DNA of 64,000 bases from Escherichia phage dw-ec, in sequence record OL739525.1; one strand, written 5' to 3'. Below are positions 43,649 through 54,446 of the stretch, piece after piece (position 1 is the stretch's first letter; each line of letters starts with the position of its first letter). The notes under the pieces are model-generated. The model did not search any database and had not been told where the DNA came from. It saw nothing but the letters and a program-made list of their open reading frames with translations. The position numbers were made by a program, and so were the translations under genes.

Positions 43649-44275
43649 ATGGGAATCCCTTTTGACTTAAAACTTGGACCAAACAACGACCTCATCATGG
43701 ACGATGGGGATTTGGTCCTTACCACAACCAGAACAGAAATTGCAGCACAAACTCTTGGGATAACTCTGAACACGTATCGTGGAGAGTGGTTTTTAAATAC
43801 TAACTTCGGTGTGCCTTATTTACAAGAGATTATTGGTGTTGCCAGAAAGAAAGATATTGTAGATAGAATATTTTTAGCAGAGATTGCCAAAAACGTTTAC
43901 GTAGATACAATAAACAGTTATAAATCTGCTTATGATATGGACCAACGTTATTACTCAATGACAGTTATGGTCACAGTTGGAGCAGATACAGTAACATCTA
44001 TATTCAATACTCAACCTTCTGAAGAGTTTATTTACCCTGAAGCTGGTGAAGACAATGCAGCGATCATTTGTGAAGCTTACAGTATTGTTGAGAATTCGAA
44101 TAGACTTTATCGCTTTATCAACTTTGTTGGTTTGCCACGTGATACCTACTCTACTTGGTGGAATGAATGGTCTACAGAGTCAGCAGTGGAAAGAATCATG
44201 GTTAACGAAAAAGGTGATGCATTAGCTACAAACAATGACTTCGGTATAACAGCTATGACAGGAGTAGAAGAGTAA
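43649..44275 (+). CDS. baseplate wedge protein (gp25 / gpW-like)
   Basis: N-terminal MGIPFDLKLG...DLVLTTT...GEWFLNTNFGVPY resembles gp25/GPW family start; 208 aa. Confidence 0.45.
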   Translation: MGIPFDLKLGPNNDLIMDDGDLVLTTTRTEIAAQTLGITLNTYRGEWFLNTNFGVPYLQEIIGVARKKDIVDRIFLAEIAKNVYVDTINSYKSAYDMDQRYYSMTVMVTVGADTVTSIFNTQPSEEFIYPEAGEDNAAIICEAYSIVENSNRLYRFINFVGLPRDTYSTWWNEWSTESAVERIMVNEKGDALATNNDFGITAMTGVEE

Positions 44276-44748
44276 TGGCAGATTTAACTACGATCAAAAT
44301 TTCTGATCTTACACAAACAACCTCTGTGTCTGATACAGATTTCTTTGTAACAGATCAGGCTGGAATAACAAAGAAAACTTCTTTGAAAGTGCTGTTGAGT
44401 GGTGCAGGGGTAACTAGAAACCGTCTGAATGCACGGGGAACAGTAACTAGCACCTTGGCATTAGATATTAGTTCAGCAGAATATTTTTCTGCAACTTTAT
44501 CTTCTGCAACGTGCACAATTAGTTTTACTAATATTCCAGTAGCAACAAATGCAGTTTTAAACTTTACTTTAGCTTTGCGTCAAGGAAGTGGTGCAAATAA
44601 AGTCGTATGGCCTTCTTCTGTAAAATGGAGTTTTGGTCGCCCCCCAGTTTTGAGTTATCGTCAAGGTGCAACAGACACTTTTGAGTTTATCAGTTATGAT
44701 AATGGAGCAACTTGGACAGGTAGCTTAGTTTTAGCAGGAGTTATTTAA
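44275..44748 (+). CDS. hypothetical tail fiber-associated protein
   Basis: 157 aa; ORF track; coupled ATGA junctions. Confidence 0.35.
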   Translation: MADLTTIKISDLTQTTSVSDTDFFVTDQAGITKKTSLKVLLSGAGVTRNRLNARGTVTSTLALDISSAEYFSATLSSATCTISFTNIPVATNAVLNFTLALRQGSGANKVVWPSSVKWSFGRPPVLSYRQGATDTFEFISYDNGATWTGSLVLAGVI

Positions 44749-47624
44749 TGTCAAGAGTTAAGCACAATATTGACAACACGTTTCAGTTGATTGAAGGGTT
44801 GGTTCAGTTTTTGGAAAGAAATACTGGTCTTACCATAGATCCTACGGTTCAGCACTACATTATCAACCCACAAAACGTATTGGCGAACAACAGACACTTT
44901 ATTAACTGGACAGCGCAGGAAGGGCAACCAAACGGTGACGCTACTACCGAAGGTCAATCTGTGCTTATCACTGGTTTTGCTTATGCATATTTGGCTACAG
45001 GAGATAAAAAATATCTTGAATCTGCCGAGAAGTATTGGCAAGCCTATATAGATCACTTCTTCGGGGGCCAACCTATTCCTGATCCTCCAGCTAAGTATCG
45101 TCCCAACTGGATCATCAATGGTAAAGAACCACGTTTAGCACACTACCCTCTCACAGATGATGGGTATCCTACGCACGGTGGGTTCAAAGGTAGCATGATG
45201 ACTTGGATTAACGGAAGGACTGTTATTCCTAAAGGTGCGCCACATTGGGGAGAATACTTAGATAAAGCTTGGTTTGCTTTCAATGGTAATCTTGGTTGGA
45301 ACTCTGTTAACGCAACAGTGTATGCAACTAACCCAGATGGTTCAACCAACTGGAAAGAATATGGAGATCAGTGGGACGTTGAATGGATTATAGATCGTCT
45401 AGGACGTAAAGTTGATTGGGATGGTAACATTTTATCCACTGGGCATAGCTTTGCAGAATATGGAACAGTGCAACTTAAAAACGCTTCTGTGAACGGAGAC
45501 TATAAATTCAACTACGCTACATGCAATCCTGTAGAACACGGTGGATATCTGCTTAAGCGTAATGAGATGTGGCATAACCGTCCTGTAAACGTTCCGGTAG
45601 AGTTAGGTTATCAAGACAATGCTTCCGATGCTGAAACGTGGTGGTGTGATGCAAACTACTTAATGTATCAGATCACAGGAGAGAGAAAATACTGGCTTTG
45701 CTGGCAATCTTCTTTATTGTTGTGTCAAGACTACTCAAACATCGATATGTTTGATAAATTCTTCCGTAGATCTACGACAGCAATAATTCCTTTTACAGAT
45801 GGTATCTCGTATGATTACTCATACCCATCTACAGCAATACCTAAATATTCTCGTGACGAGTTAGGATACACAGTAATTCGCCAAGATGTTGCAGCACAAA
45901 CAACTCTAGAACAACAGGCAGTTTGGTTCAGAGTGGATCAGAATTCAAAACTGCGTATTGAGTTTCAAGGCGTAGATGATGCAGGGGAAGGTGTTCTTTT
46001 CCGTCCAGAGTTAGAATTAAGCAAGACTAAGAGTGAAACAGACACAGTGACATATCGTTGTGGCTTACCTCTTGGTGCAGCTAATATGACTAAGATGGAT
46101 ATACCTTTATCCAGTTTTATGCGCACTGAACCTCCTGGAGGTGGTGTATATATTATTGCCGAACCTAGAATCATTGTTGACTGGGGAAGCAATACTGTGA
46201 TACAATATAAATATGCAACTGGTATTGCTGGGACAAATAGTGATCAGATAGTTTCTGCTAATATGGATTCAGATGGTGGTTTTACTATTGGGTTTTGGTT
46301 AACACCAACTAAAACAACCAATTTAAAATCTATTACGTATCGTTCATACGCAGATGATTTTAACATCACTATTACGGATTCCGCAGGTTGGAGATGGTGG
46401 GCCATGTTAGAAAAAACAAATTCTGCATGGGTTACTAAAGCTTTAAGTCCTGCTGATTTCAAATTAAGTACTTGGCAACCTAATCACAATGACACAGAGA
46501 CAAAACCTTCGTCAATAAACCTGACTGCTGTTGATCAGATGAACATTGCATTGGATTCTGAACCTGCAAATGGCTTGACAGGGGCAATCGACTTTTATTG
46601 CGTTAACGATATCCCATCTTTGTATTCTTCAGCCGCTGGTGATGATTACACAATGTATTTCAGGGTTACAGTTTCATCTGAAAATCCTTATACAGCAAAA
46701 CTTGGAGATTGTACAATACTGGACTACAAACTTGACAGTTTGAATTATACTCCAGGAATCATCCCATTTTCCAATATTAGTGATCCTAATACAGCATTAT
46801 ATGACGGTTGGCGTGGTATTCCTTACCCAGGTTATCAATACCCATCCTTATATTGTTTTAAAGGGAGAGATATTGACTGGGTTCGTATGAACAACAGTAT
46901 AGACTTTTTATATGATTCACAAATGTGGTTTTATAATAAGTTTGCCCCTGTAATGCCTGGGCCAATGGCACAAGCTTATGTTTGGGATCGTTGGGATGCT
47001 CATAAATATGGAAACAAAAATGAGTTCACAATGTATCATTGGAACGATAAAGCTTGGGATGGTTATGAAGCAAGAGCATTCTTCTGTGCGTGTCATACGG
47101 TATACGAACTAAAGCGACGAGGAGCCGAAGTTCCTGAAAAACTTTTAACAGTTTGTAAAAACTGGATCAACTACCTGAAGTGGTTCCAAGATAACAACGA
47201 AGGAAGAACACCAACAATATTTTATCCCAACGGAGAAGTGGCTGCGCCTGTAGATGACTTTACAAGTCACATGTCTGCGCTCTTTATGGCGGGATGTGCT
47301 ATAATGGGGATGGCTGGATATGATTCAGAAATTCCTAACATTAAAATAGTAGCAGATCGCTGTTTTGAACTTATTCAGGAAAATTATATTGTTCTTGGTC
47401 CTAATCACGTTATGAATGGTTGTTGGAGTGCTGCTCCTAGACCAGACAGTGATAACGGAGTCTTCTTTGGCTTCCACGCTGGAGAGTTGTTACGTGGTTT
47501 TGGGTTGTATGCTTTATACAAAAAACTTAATCCCCAAAATGCATTACCTGTTTTGGATTCGAGCAATATTCCTGCACTTACTGTTTTGACAATGGCAAAC
47601 ATTAGTGTGGACGTTACCGAGTAA
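44748..47624 (+). CDS. large tailspike / tail fiber protein
   Basis: 958 aa, Trp/Tyr/Asn-rich; within tail module. Confidence 0.45.
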   Translation: MSRVKHNIDNTFQLIEGLVQFLERNTGLTIDPTVQHYIINPQNVLANNRHFINWTAQEGQPNGDATTEGQSVLITGFAYAYLATGDKKYLESAEKYWQAYIDHFFGGQPIPDPPAKYRPNWIINGKEPRLAHYPLTDDGYPTHGGFKGSMMTWINGRTVIPKGAPHWGEYLDKAWFAFNGNLGWNSVNATVYATNPDGSTNWKEYGDQWDVEWIIDRLGRKVDWDGNILSTGHSFAEYGTVQLKNASVNGDYKFNYATCNPVEHGGYLLKRNEMWHNRPVNVPVELGYQDNASDAETWWCDANYLMYQITGERKYWLCWQSSLLLCQDYSNIDMFDKFFRRSTTAIIPFTDGISYDYSYPSTAIPKYSRDELGYTVIRQDVAAQTTLEQQAVWFRVDQNSKLRIEFQGVDDAGEGVLFRPELELSKTKSETDTVTYRCGLPLGAANMTKMDIPLSSFMRTEPPGGGVYIIAEPRIIVDWGSNTVIQYKYATGIAGTNSDQIVSANMDSDGGFTIGFWLTPTKTTNLKSITYRSYADDFNITITDSAGWRWWAMLEKTNSAWVTKALSPADFKLSTWQPNHNDTETKPSSINLTAVDQMNIALDSEPANGLTGAIDFYCVNDIPSLYSSAAGDDYTMYFRVTVSSENPYTAKLGDCTILDYKLDSLNYTPGIIPFSNISDPNTALYDGWRGIPYPGYQYPSLYCFKGRDIDWVRMNNSIDFLYDSQMWFYNKFAPVMPGPMAQAYVWDRWDAHKYGNKNEFTMYHWNDKAWDGYEARAFFCACHTVYELKRRGAEVPEKLLTVCKNWINYLKWFQDNNEGRTPTIFYPNGEVAAPVDDFTSHMSALFMAGCAIMGMAGYDSEIPNIKIVADRCFELIQENYIVLGPNHVMNGCWSAAPRPDSDNGVFFGFHAGELLRGFGLYALYKKLNPQNALPVLDSSNIPALTVLTMANISVDVTE

Positions 47625-47632
47625 GGGGTAAA

Positions 47633-49786
47633 ATGAAACAAGCTATATTTACTGTCACGCGAGACAAGAGAGTAAATGCGAGTTCATTTAACTACACGAC
47701 TGTTGACGGAACAGCAGTCGCTGGTAGAGATTATATTGCAAAATCGGGAACACTTGTGTTCCCTGATGATGCTGATTCTGCTACTATTGTGGTTGAAGTA
47801 TTTGAACGACCAAAGAACTCAATAGATCTTAACTTCTCCCTCCAAGTTTCAGGGATTAGTCAAAATAACATGATGGTTGAAACAACCATCAATTGTATTA
47901 TAACTACTATCCAAGAAAATACTACTCCAATAACTTGGACTACAAAAGACGTTAAAATGTTCTCTCCTATGTATTGGACAATAGACTCTCAAGCAACGGA
48001 AAGTTGTTCTATTGTATCTCATGGAGACTCTTTTACTGCAAGATTTGTAAACAGAACAACAGCAGGTTTGGCAGGGGTTATCTGGAGCACAGTTGACAAA
48101 TATGATCACAAAGGTGTTGGGTATTTACCACACACAGATTTAAGTTCAGATAAACTTTGGTTTAAAATGGAAATTAGTCAAAACATGCCAGGTTTTAAAG
48201 AAGAACCTTTGGTGCCGACTTTGACTGTAACTCTCCTGGATAAAAGTGTTCATTATGTCAGTTTAGGATTCTACGCTTCGGATATTTCAGAAGATGGTAA
48301 AACAGCTACAATCAAGTTAGATTTTGGTAATATCTTTTCTGGCCCTAATAATGATATTCCTTTGGATATGAGTGCTGTAGATAATATTTTCTTCTCTTTG
48401 ATTACAGCAAGGTATGAAGAAATAGAAGAGGTTGTACCTATTGACAGTCAAGAGGCTTGGTTTACTTTCACTCTTCTTGAACCTACCTCTGGTTATAGTA
48501 TGATGAAAGTCAGCAACCTTGTCCAGCCTGAACATGATATTCGCATGTGCACATCTTATGATGATATGTATAACCTGACTCCAGAAAGAGTTATTTATAA
48601 TACATATGCGCTAGGTTATCGTGGAATGATTAACCATTACAACGGAATGTCTCACTATTATGAGTTCTCATGGAACGGAACATCTTGGGCTTTAAATAGA
48701 TCTGTTTTCCTGAATCCGGCTACAGAAGCTTGGCTAAATAGTTTCCATTCTATAGCAAACGAGAAGGGCTACACGATAATGAACTCTTTAAGTTTTGAAT
48801 TGATGAGCACAGTTTGTCCTGTAGAATGGGTCCAGCATGATTGGAACGATGCTCTTGCAGCAACAGGGTATGAACCTCCTAGTTATGTGTTGTCTCCAAC
48901 TATTGACGAAGGTATGGAATATTTGCAAAATGTTATTAATAAAATAGCATCTATTTCGCAAGCTAATAATATTCCAGTTGTCATTCAAATTGGTGAGCCT
49001 TGGTGGTGGTATAATACAGCAAGTAAAATGCCTTGCATATATGATTACACTACCAAACTGGCATTCAACACAGAAACAGGTTTATTTGCACAAGATGCAG
49101 GAACAATAGATAATTATAAAACAGGAACGCCGTTTGACGAATACTATGCATTTTTGTCTCGTAAACTAGGATTAAGAGTTACAAAGTTTGCAACAGATAC
49201 TAGAGCAACTTACCCAGGAGCCAAGGTAACATTGCTTCCGTTCTTGCCATCAATTATCGGCAACGGTTTGATGGAGAAAGTTAACTTCCCGTCTGATTAC
49301 TACATTCCTGAAGCTTTTGATTTTTACTGTTCAGAGTGTTATGACTGGCTTCTGGAAGGTAAGATGATGAAAGCATTTGATGCAATTACCATACCACATG
49401 AAAAATTAGGTTTTGAATATTCTGATATTCACTACCTTTCAGGTTTTGTTCCAGATGCTACTCTTGCACCTTTGTATGGCTTTGATCCTAAATCAAACTA
49501 CCGCACATATCTTTGGAAGATGATTATAGGTAACATAGTGTTGAACGCCAATAAGTTTGACGGACTTACACAATATATATGGGCCTATCCTCAAATAATG
49601 CATGATTCTATCACGGTAGTTAATTCTCAATCCCAAGTTTTCTATATGGGTAACGTGCCTTTGAACGTTTATTTACAGGATATCACTCTTAAACAGGTAA
49701 ATGTTGAGATTGCCACCATAAGTGGAATTACATTAGCCACTAAATCTGGAGAAGATTTAGTAACAACACAAAAATTTTATATATAG
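47633..49786 (+). CDS. tail fiber / tailspike protein
   Basis: 717 aa; ORF track. Confidence 0.4.
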   Translation: MKQAIFTVTRDKRVNASSFNYTTVDGTAVAGRDYIAKSGTLVFPDDADSATIVVEVFERPKNSIDLNFSLQVSGISQNNMMVETTINCIITTIQENTTPITWTTKDVKMFSPMYWTIDSQATESCSIVSHGDSFTARFVNRTTAGLAGVIWSTVDKYDHKGVGYLPHTDLSSDKLWFKMEISQNMPGFKEEPLVPTLTVTLLDKSVHYVSLGFYASDISEDGKTATIKLDFGNIFSGPNNDIPLDMSAVDNIFFSLITARYEEIEEVVPIDSQEAWFTFTLLEPTSGYSMMKVSNLVQPEHDIRMCTSYDDMYNLTPERVIYNTYALGYRGMINHYNGMSHYYEFSWNGTSWALNRSVFLNPATEAWLNSFHSIANEKGYTIMNSLSFELMSTVCPVEWVQHDWNDALAATGYEPPSYVLSPTIDEGMEYLQNVINKIASISQANNIPVVIQIGEPWWWYNTASKMPCIYDYTTKLAFNTETGLFAQDAGTIDNYKTGTPFDEYYAFLSRKLGLRVTKFATDTRATYPGAKVTLLPFLPSIIGNGLMEKVNFPSDYYIPEAFDFYCSECYDWLLEGKMMKAFDAITIPHEKLGFEYSDIHYLSGFVPDATLAPLYGFDPKSNYRTYLWKMIIGNIVLNANKFDGLTQYIWAYPQIMHDSITVVNSQSQVFYMGNVPLNVYLQDITLKQVNVEIATISGITLATKSGEDLVTTQKFYI

Positions 49787-49794
49787 GAGTAAAA

Positions 49795-51693
49795 ATGTCA
49801 ACTACAATTACTAATTTACCCGAAACATCAAAAGTTAATGGTTCAGATTACCTGGTTTTAGATCAACCTGATAAAACTGTTAAAAGCACAGTTTCCAACT
49901 TTCTTACTGACACTGGGGTGGTTTTAGCCACCCAGTTGAAAGATACAAATGGAGCAGATTTAATACAATCCTCAAATGGTAATACTGTTCAGGAAGAGTT
50001 GAATAACAATCTTCTTAATGATCGTGAACAGTGGCGTCGTAGTCTTGCCGAGGCTGGGTTAACTCTTGTTGATGGTAGTTTTGAAGAAGGGGCTACAGTG
50101 GGCAGTGTAACTGATGCTGTTTGGCACATTTCTGTTGGACAGTGTTATACATGGCATGGCGCTTTCCCTAAAACTGTTCCTGCTGACTCAACCCCTGAAG
50201 CATCTGGTGGTGTTGGTATTGGTGCATGGGTTAGTGTTGGAGATGCATCTTTGAGAAGCAATCTTGCATCTGATGATGGCGCGGGTCTGGTCGGATTTAA
50301 GTCGCCTCTGGCCAACTCTATTAAGCGAGCACTACATGATAAAAATAATGACCTGGTGTCAGTCAAGGACTTTGGAGTTGTTGGCGACGGTGTGACCGAC
50401 GATACCGCCGCATTTCAGGCAGCAATAGATTCGAAAAAGAGTTTATACATACCGGATGGTATTTATCTTATAAGCTCTACTTTAATCATAACTGCCACTG
50501 ATAGTTTATGTATTGTTGGTAATAGTTTTGGACATGTTAATGACCAAACAACAGGTTCAGTAATTAAGTTTACTGGGTTAGCGTCACCCGCCATTCGGGT
50601 TCAAGGTGGTGCGATAGGAGCTAAGATTTCTGGACTTTTTCTGGATATCCAGGATTCATCATCTGATGGCTTTGATTTCGGTGGGGCTTGGTATTTAAAA
50701 CTTCAAGATTGCGTTGTCAGAAACGCTCGATATGGGGTCTATTTACATTACGATAGCCCAGACTATTTTTCCGGAGTAGCTGAGCTAACTTCGTGCTATT
50801 TCGCTAAATGCGCAAATGGCGTAAAAACGTCAAAAGTAGATATCAACGTAGTTAAAGTTGATAATTGCACCTTCTTTGACGGAGTTAACGGTGTTCTTAT
50901 TGGTGACTCAGGTGCTGCAAGTAGTGTGCGAAATTTCATAGTCAGAGACTCTCTATTCGAAGCGAACACAGGTTATGACGTAGGCGTCGTCGCTGGGGGT
51001 GCGCAGCAGTTACTGGTAGATGGTAACTATTTCGAAGAGAATACCGCTTCCTCTTTAGCGAGGGTATATGTTGCAGATGATGTTCGCTCTCCGCGTTCTT
51101 CCTCGGTTTCAATAACTAACAACACGTTTAGTAAAGATACGACAGGCGACCTTGTTTTCTTGTCCGGTGTTTCCGGCGTTCTTGTTAAACAAAACTGGTC
51201 TGCGTTCGGAGGTATAGGTTTTGTACGGGCGATTAATATTGACAATTATGAGATAGATAGATGCTCCACAGTATCAGGTGCGGCTCCATGTAATGTTGTC
51301 ATAGACAACATCTTACAAGTACCGGACACTTCTGTTAATAAGATTTCTATTAACAAGGCCCAAGAATACTCGTTTATTGGGACTACTGTCGTAAAAAGGT
51401 CTAGTGCATGTACACGGGCTATGATTCAATTTAATGGAATTTCTGGGTCGTTAGTGTATGCAGACGGAGCAACTGTATCTAAAACCGGGACCGGTAAATA
51501 TACCATCAACCTATCTAATGCTTTACCCTCTTCCGCATACGCTGTTTCGTGTAGTGTCGGCAATACTACAGGCGGAGAGAAATTAGCAATTAATGTTGTA
51601 AGTACATCCGCTGGTTCTTTTAACCTTGAAGTTTTCGACCTTTCAGGGGCGTATCAGGATTCTGGATACATATCTGCCGCAGTTATTATGTAA
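49795..51693 (+). CDS. tailspike with pectate-lyase-like beta-helix (polysaccharide depolymerase candidate)
   Basis: DFGVVGDGVTDDTAAFQAAID motif typical of pectate lyase superfamily N-terminus; 632 aa. Confidence 0.55.
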   Translation: MSTTITNLPETSKVNGSDYLVLDQPDKTVKSTVSNFLTDTGVVLATQLKDTNGADLIQSSNGNTVQEELNNNLLNDREQWRRSLAEAGLTLVDGSFEEGATVGSVTDAVWHISVGQCYTWHGAFPKTVPADSTPEASGGVGIGAWVSVGDASLRSNLASDDGAGLVGFKSPLANSIKRALHDKNNDLVSVKDFGVVGDGVTDDTAAFQAAIDSKKSLYIPDGIYLISSTLIITATDSLCIVGNSFGHVNDQTTGSVIKFTGLASPAIRVQGGAIGAKISGLFLDIQDSSSDGFDFGGAWYLKLQDCVVRNARYGVYLHYDSPDYFSGVAELTSCYFAKCANGVKTSKVDINVVKVDNCTFFDGVNGVLIGDSGAASSVRNFIVRDSLFEANTGYDVGVVAGGAQQLLVDGNYFEENTASSLARVYVADDVRSPRSSSVSITNNTFSKDTTGDLVFLSGVSGVLVKQNWSAFGGIGFVRAINIDNYEIDRCSTVSGAAPCNVVIDNILQVPDTSVNKISINKAQEYSFIGTTVVKRSSACTRAMIQFNGISGSLVYADGATVSKTGTGKYTINLSNALPSSAYAVSCSVGNTTGGEKLAINVVSTSAGSFNLEVFDLSGAYQDSGYISAAVIM

Positions 51694-51726
51694 ATAATGC
51701 TCACTCCAGATATCCATCATGTAAAA

Positions 51727-51750
51727 AACCCCTCTTCGGAGGGGTTTCCT
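51727..51750 (+). terminator. intrinsic terminator
   Basis: CCCCTC-TTCG-GAGGGG hairpin followed by TTT. Confidence 0.5.
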
Positions 51751-51770
51751 AGAAAAACAATGAGGTTTAT

Positions 51771-52079
51771 ATGAACGAAATGTTCTCACAAGGTGGTAAG
51801 GGTTCAACTGGAATCTTAACCAACAAACAAGCAGTAGCCCGTCACTTTGGGGTTAAGCAATCTGAGGTTGTTTACTTCTCAGTTGGTGTGGATTTGGGTG
51901 GGTATAAGGTTATCTATGATAAGGAGACGCAAAGGGCGTATTCCCTACCTGCTGATATTGCCCCAGGTACTACTGCCATTAGTCTTAGTGCTGCTGTACT
52001 TGTGCATTCAGCGGGTTCTGTAGACCTTGGGGAATTAGCTGTATCTCGTGATTTAAAAAGTAATGAGAATGCACTATGA
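51771..52079 (+). CDS. hypothetical protein (102 aa)
   Basis: ORF track. Confidence 0.4.
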   Translation: MNEMFSQGGKGSTGILTNKQAVARHFGVKQSEVVYFSVGVDLGGYKVIYDKETQRAYSLPADIAPGTTAISLSAAVLVHSAGSVDLGELAVSRDLKSNENAL

Positions 52080-52318
52080 GAAAATTTTTAATAGGTATGT
52101 TCTGTACATATCCTGATAATAAAGTCAGTTCTACGAAAGTCTGGAACGCTGTAGGCATGTCGGTTATGACAGGCATGTTTATCTTTTTAGGAATAGAAAA
52201 AGAAATTCCTGAATGGATGGGTTGGGCTTTTGTTTTCATGATAACTCCTTCTCGCCTCATGAAAAATCTTATTGATTTACGCTGGGGCAGATCACAATCT
52301 ACCAAAGAGGATGACTAA
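52076..52318 (+). CDS. small two-TM membrane protein (holin-like topology)
   Basis: Two hydrophobic helices and charged C-terminus RWGRSQSTKEDD; 80 aa. Confidence 0.35.
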   Translation: MRKFLIGMFCTYPDNKVSSTKVWNAVGMSVMTGMFIFLGIEKEIPEWMGWAFVFMITPSRLMKNLIDLRWGRSQSTKEDD

Positions 52319-53805
52319 TGGACGAATATGGTTTGACAGATGCGGGATTTGTAATCCCGACTTTTGACGATGTTTTAAACAACTACATGACAGCAGTAAA
52401 AAACACATTTGGTGCAGATGCAGCCACTTCGGAAGATACTGTGATCGGACAACTGTTTAGAATAATTGCATACACAGATTACACATTGTGGGAAGGTATG
52501 CAAGGTGTTTATAATACTCAAACACTGGATGGTGCAGAAGGTATTTATCTTGATGAAATCTTTTCTAAACGCGGTTTCTATCGAGCAGGTGCAGCAGCAA
52601 GTACAGGTTATGCATATGTTAAGAGTAATAACAAAGCAGCTTGGACTTATGAGCTAGGCACGGATATTTACTTCAACTCTGACAGCGATATGAACTACTA
52701 TGTTAGCACACCAACTATGTTGAATGCTAAGATTGCAGCTTATCAAATCTCTCGTGCTAATGCAACTGCTACAGGTGTTCCAAATATTACTTTTTATGCA
52801 CAAAGTGCGGTCGATGGAGGACTAAACAGTAAAACACTTGCACCTGGTTCTTCTACATTTATAACCGATCTTGAAACTTTTATCAAGGCAAATTTAACAG
52901 AAGCTGATCGTAGTCTTGTATTTTCTGATTCAGGTAACTTATCAATTGGTTTTACTTCTTTAACCAGTGATACTCCAGTGGGGCTGGTAACTCCTATTAA
53001 ATTTTATGCTAGTGTTCCGGTTGGAACTAAATGGAGTGAGATTCCGGTAGTTGCAGCAGAGAAAGGATACAATCCTGTTGGTGTGGAGTCTATTACAGGG
53101 ATATCTTCTACCTTTACAGGTTATCTTGACAGTGGTAACTTCTATTCATTTTCTCCTGGTCGAGATGTTGAGACAGACGCAGAATTCCGCTCTCGTTTCA
53201 ATGACAACGTTGATGAAGCTAACGCAGGGACACGAGCAGCTATTGTGAAAGCTCTGTTGCTTACAGATGGTGTTACTAAGGTGAAGATTTATGATAACCC
53301 TACGTTACATGATCAAGAACACGCTCCAGCTATGACTTTCCAGACTATAGTTTATGGTGGCAGTGCAGAAGAAATTGCAAATGTTATCTATAAAACCAAA
53401 CCAATCAACACTTTGACACACGGAACAACTAACATAACAGTTACAACAGAAGATGGAGGACAAGAAATTATTCGCTTCTCCCCTGGTGCTTCTGCTATGT
53501 ATTCTGTAAAACTTGTTTATCAAACTGTCAACGGAACAACTTTAAGTGGAACAGAAAAACAAAACATCGTAGAAGCTTTACAAAACCTGCAAGCTTACTT
53601 TGAGTTAGGTTCTTCAGTAACGAACGATCAAATCAAAGGTGTTATTTATGCAGCACTTGCTTTTGGACGCTTGACTTCTCTTCGTGTTTATGTTAAACTT
53701 AATACTGAGGATGACAGTAAATATACAGAGAATAATATAGTTCCTGCTTATAATGTTGTCCCTTCTTTTGACCTTGATAACATTTCTTACGAGTATGGAG
53801 TGTAA
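52318..53805 (+). CDS. baseplate J-like protein
   Basis: 495 aa; position before I/H/G-like genes in P2-like order. Confidence 0.4.
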   Translation: MDEYGLTDAGFVIPTFDDVLNNYMTAVKNTFGADAATSEDTVIGQLFRIIAYTDYTLWEGMQGVYNTQTLDGAEGIYLDEIFSKRGFYRAGAAASTGYAYVKSNNKAAWTYELGTDIYFNSDSDMNYYVSTPTMLNAKIAAYQISRANATATGVPNITFYAQSAVDGGLNSKTLAPGSSTFITDLETFIKANLTEADRSLVFSDSGNLSIGFTSLTSDTPVGLVTPIKFYASVPVGTKWSEIPVVAAEKGYNPVGVESITGISSTFTGYLDSGNFYSFSPGRDVETDAEFRSRFNDNVDEANAGTRAAIVKALLLTDGVTKVKIYDNPTLHDQEHAPAMTFQTIVYGGSAEEIANVIYKTKPINTLTHGTTNITVTTEDGGQEIIRFSPGASAMYSVKLVYQTVNGTTLSGTEKQNIVEALQNLQAYFELGSSVTNDQIKGVIYAALAFGRLTSLRVYVKLNTEDDSKYTENNIVPAYNVVPSFDLDNISYEYGV

Positions 53806-53807
53806 AA

Positions 53808-54437
53808 ATGGCAGTGAGTGTTGACCATGTAACAACTTGGGCCAGTATCAATGAAGACGTTAAAAACCTTCTGATTGAAGATTTTAAATCTTCTCCTAAC
53901 ATTGTCAAGCTCCTCTACATCGTATCCAGTGAAAAGCAAAAGATAGATCAGGCAATGATCTATCTTGCTAAACACCGCTTGATCTCTACAGCTACAGGCA
54001 AATACCTAGATATTCTAGGGGAAGAAATGGGGATCGAACGTAATGGCTCTGATGATGAAGAGTATAGAACAATATTAAAAATCAGGGCTTACCGCGTAGC
54101 CTCATCGGGGACTCGTGGTGACATAATTGATATCTTCGCCCGTTTCACAGGAACAGAGCGTGAAACGCTTAATACTTACGTAGGTTTGAATAAAACCTTT
54201 GATGTGTTTTTCTACAACCTGTGTCTTCAATCTGATCAAGCTTTAGAGCAGTTGCTAAGTGTTTTCCCTATTATTAGTAGCTACCGTCTTGGAGCAAAAG
54301 CAGGATCAGCTTTTGGTTTTAGTTCTTATTATGCTACCAAACCGCCTCATGGTATTGGTGGTTTAGGTTCCCTGTACATGGAATCTACTGGGGATGAAAC
54401 AGGACGCATGTGTACGCTTCTCAAGCAAATAGATTAA
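53808..54437 (+). CDS. baseplate protein (gpI-position)
   Basis: 209 aa; gene order. Confidence 0.35.
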   Translation: MAVSVDHVTTWASINEDVKNLLIEDFKSSPNIVKLLYIVSSEKQKIDQAMIYLAKHRLISTATGKYLDILGEEMGIERNGSDDEEYRTILKIRAYRVASSGTRGDIIDIFARFTGTERETLNTYVGLNKTFDVFFYNLCLQSDQALEQLLSVFPIISSYRLGAKAGSAFGFSSYYATKPPHGIGGLGSLYMESTGDETGRMCTLLKQID

Positions 54438-54446
54438 GGAGTTTAA

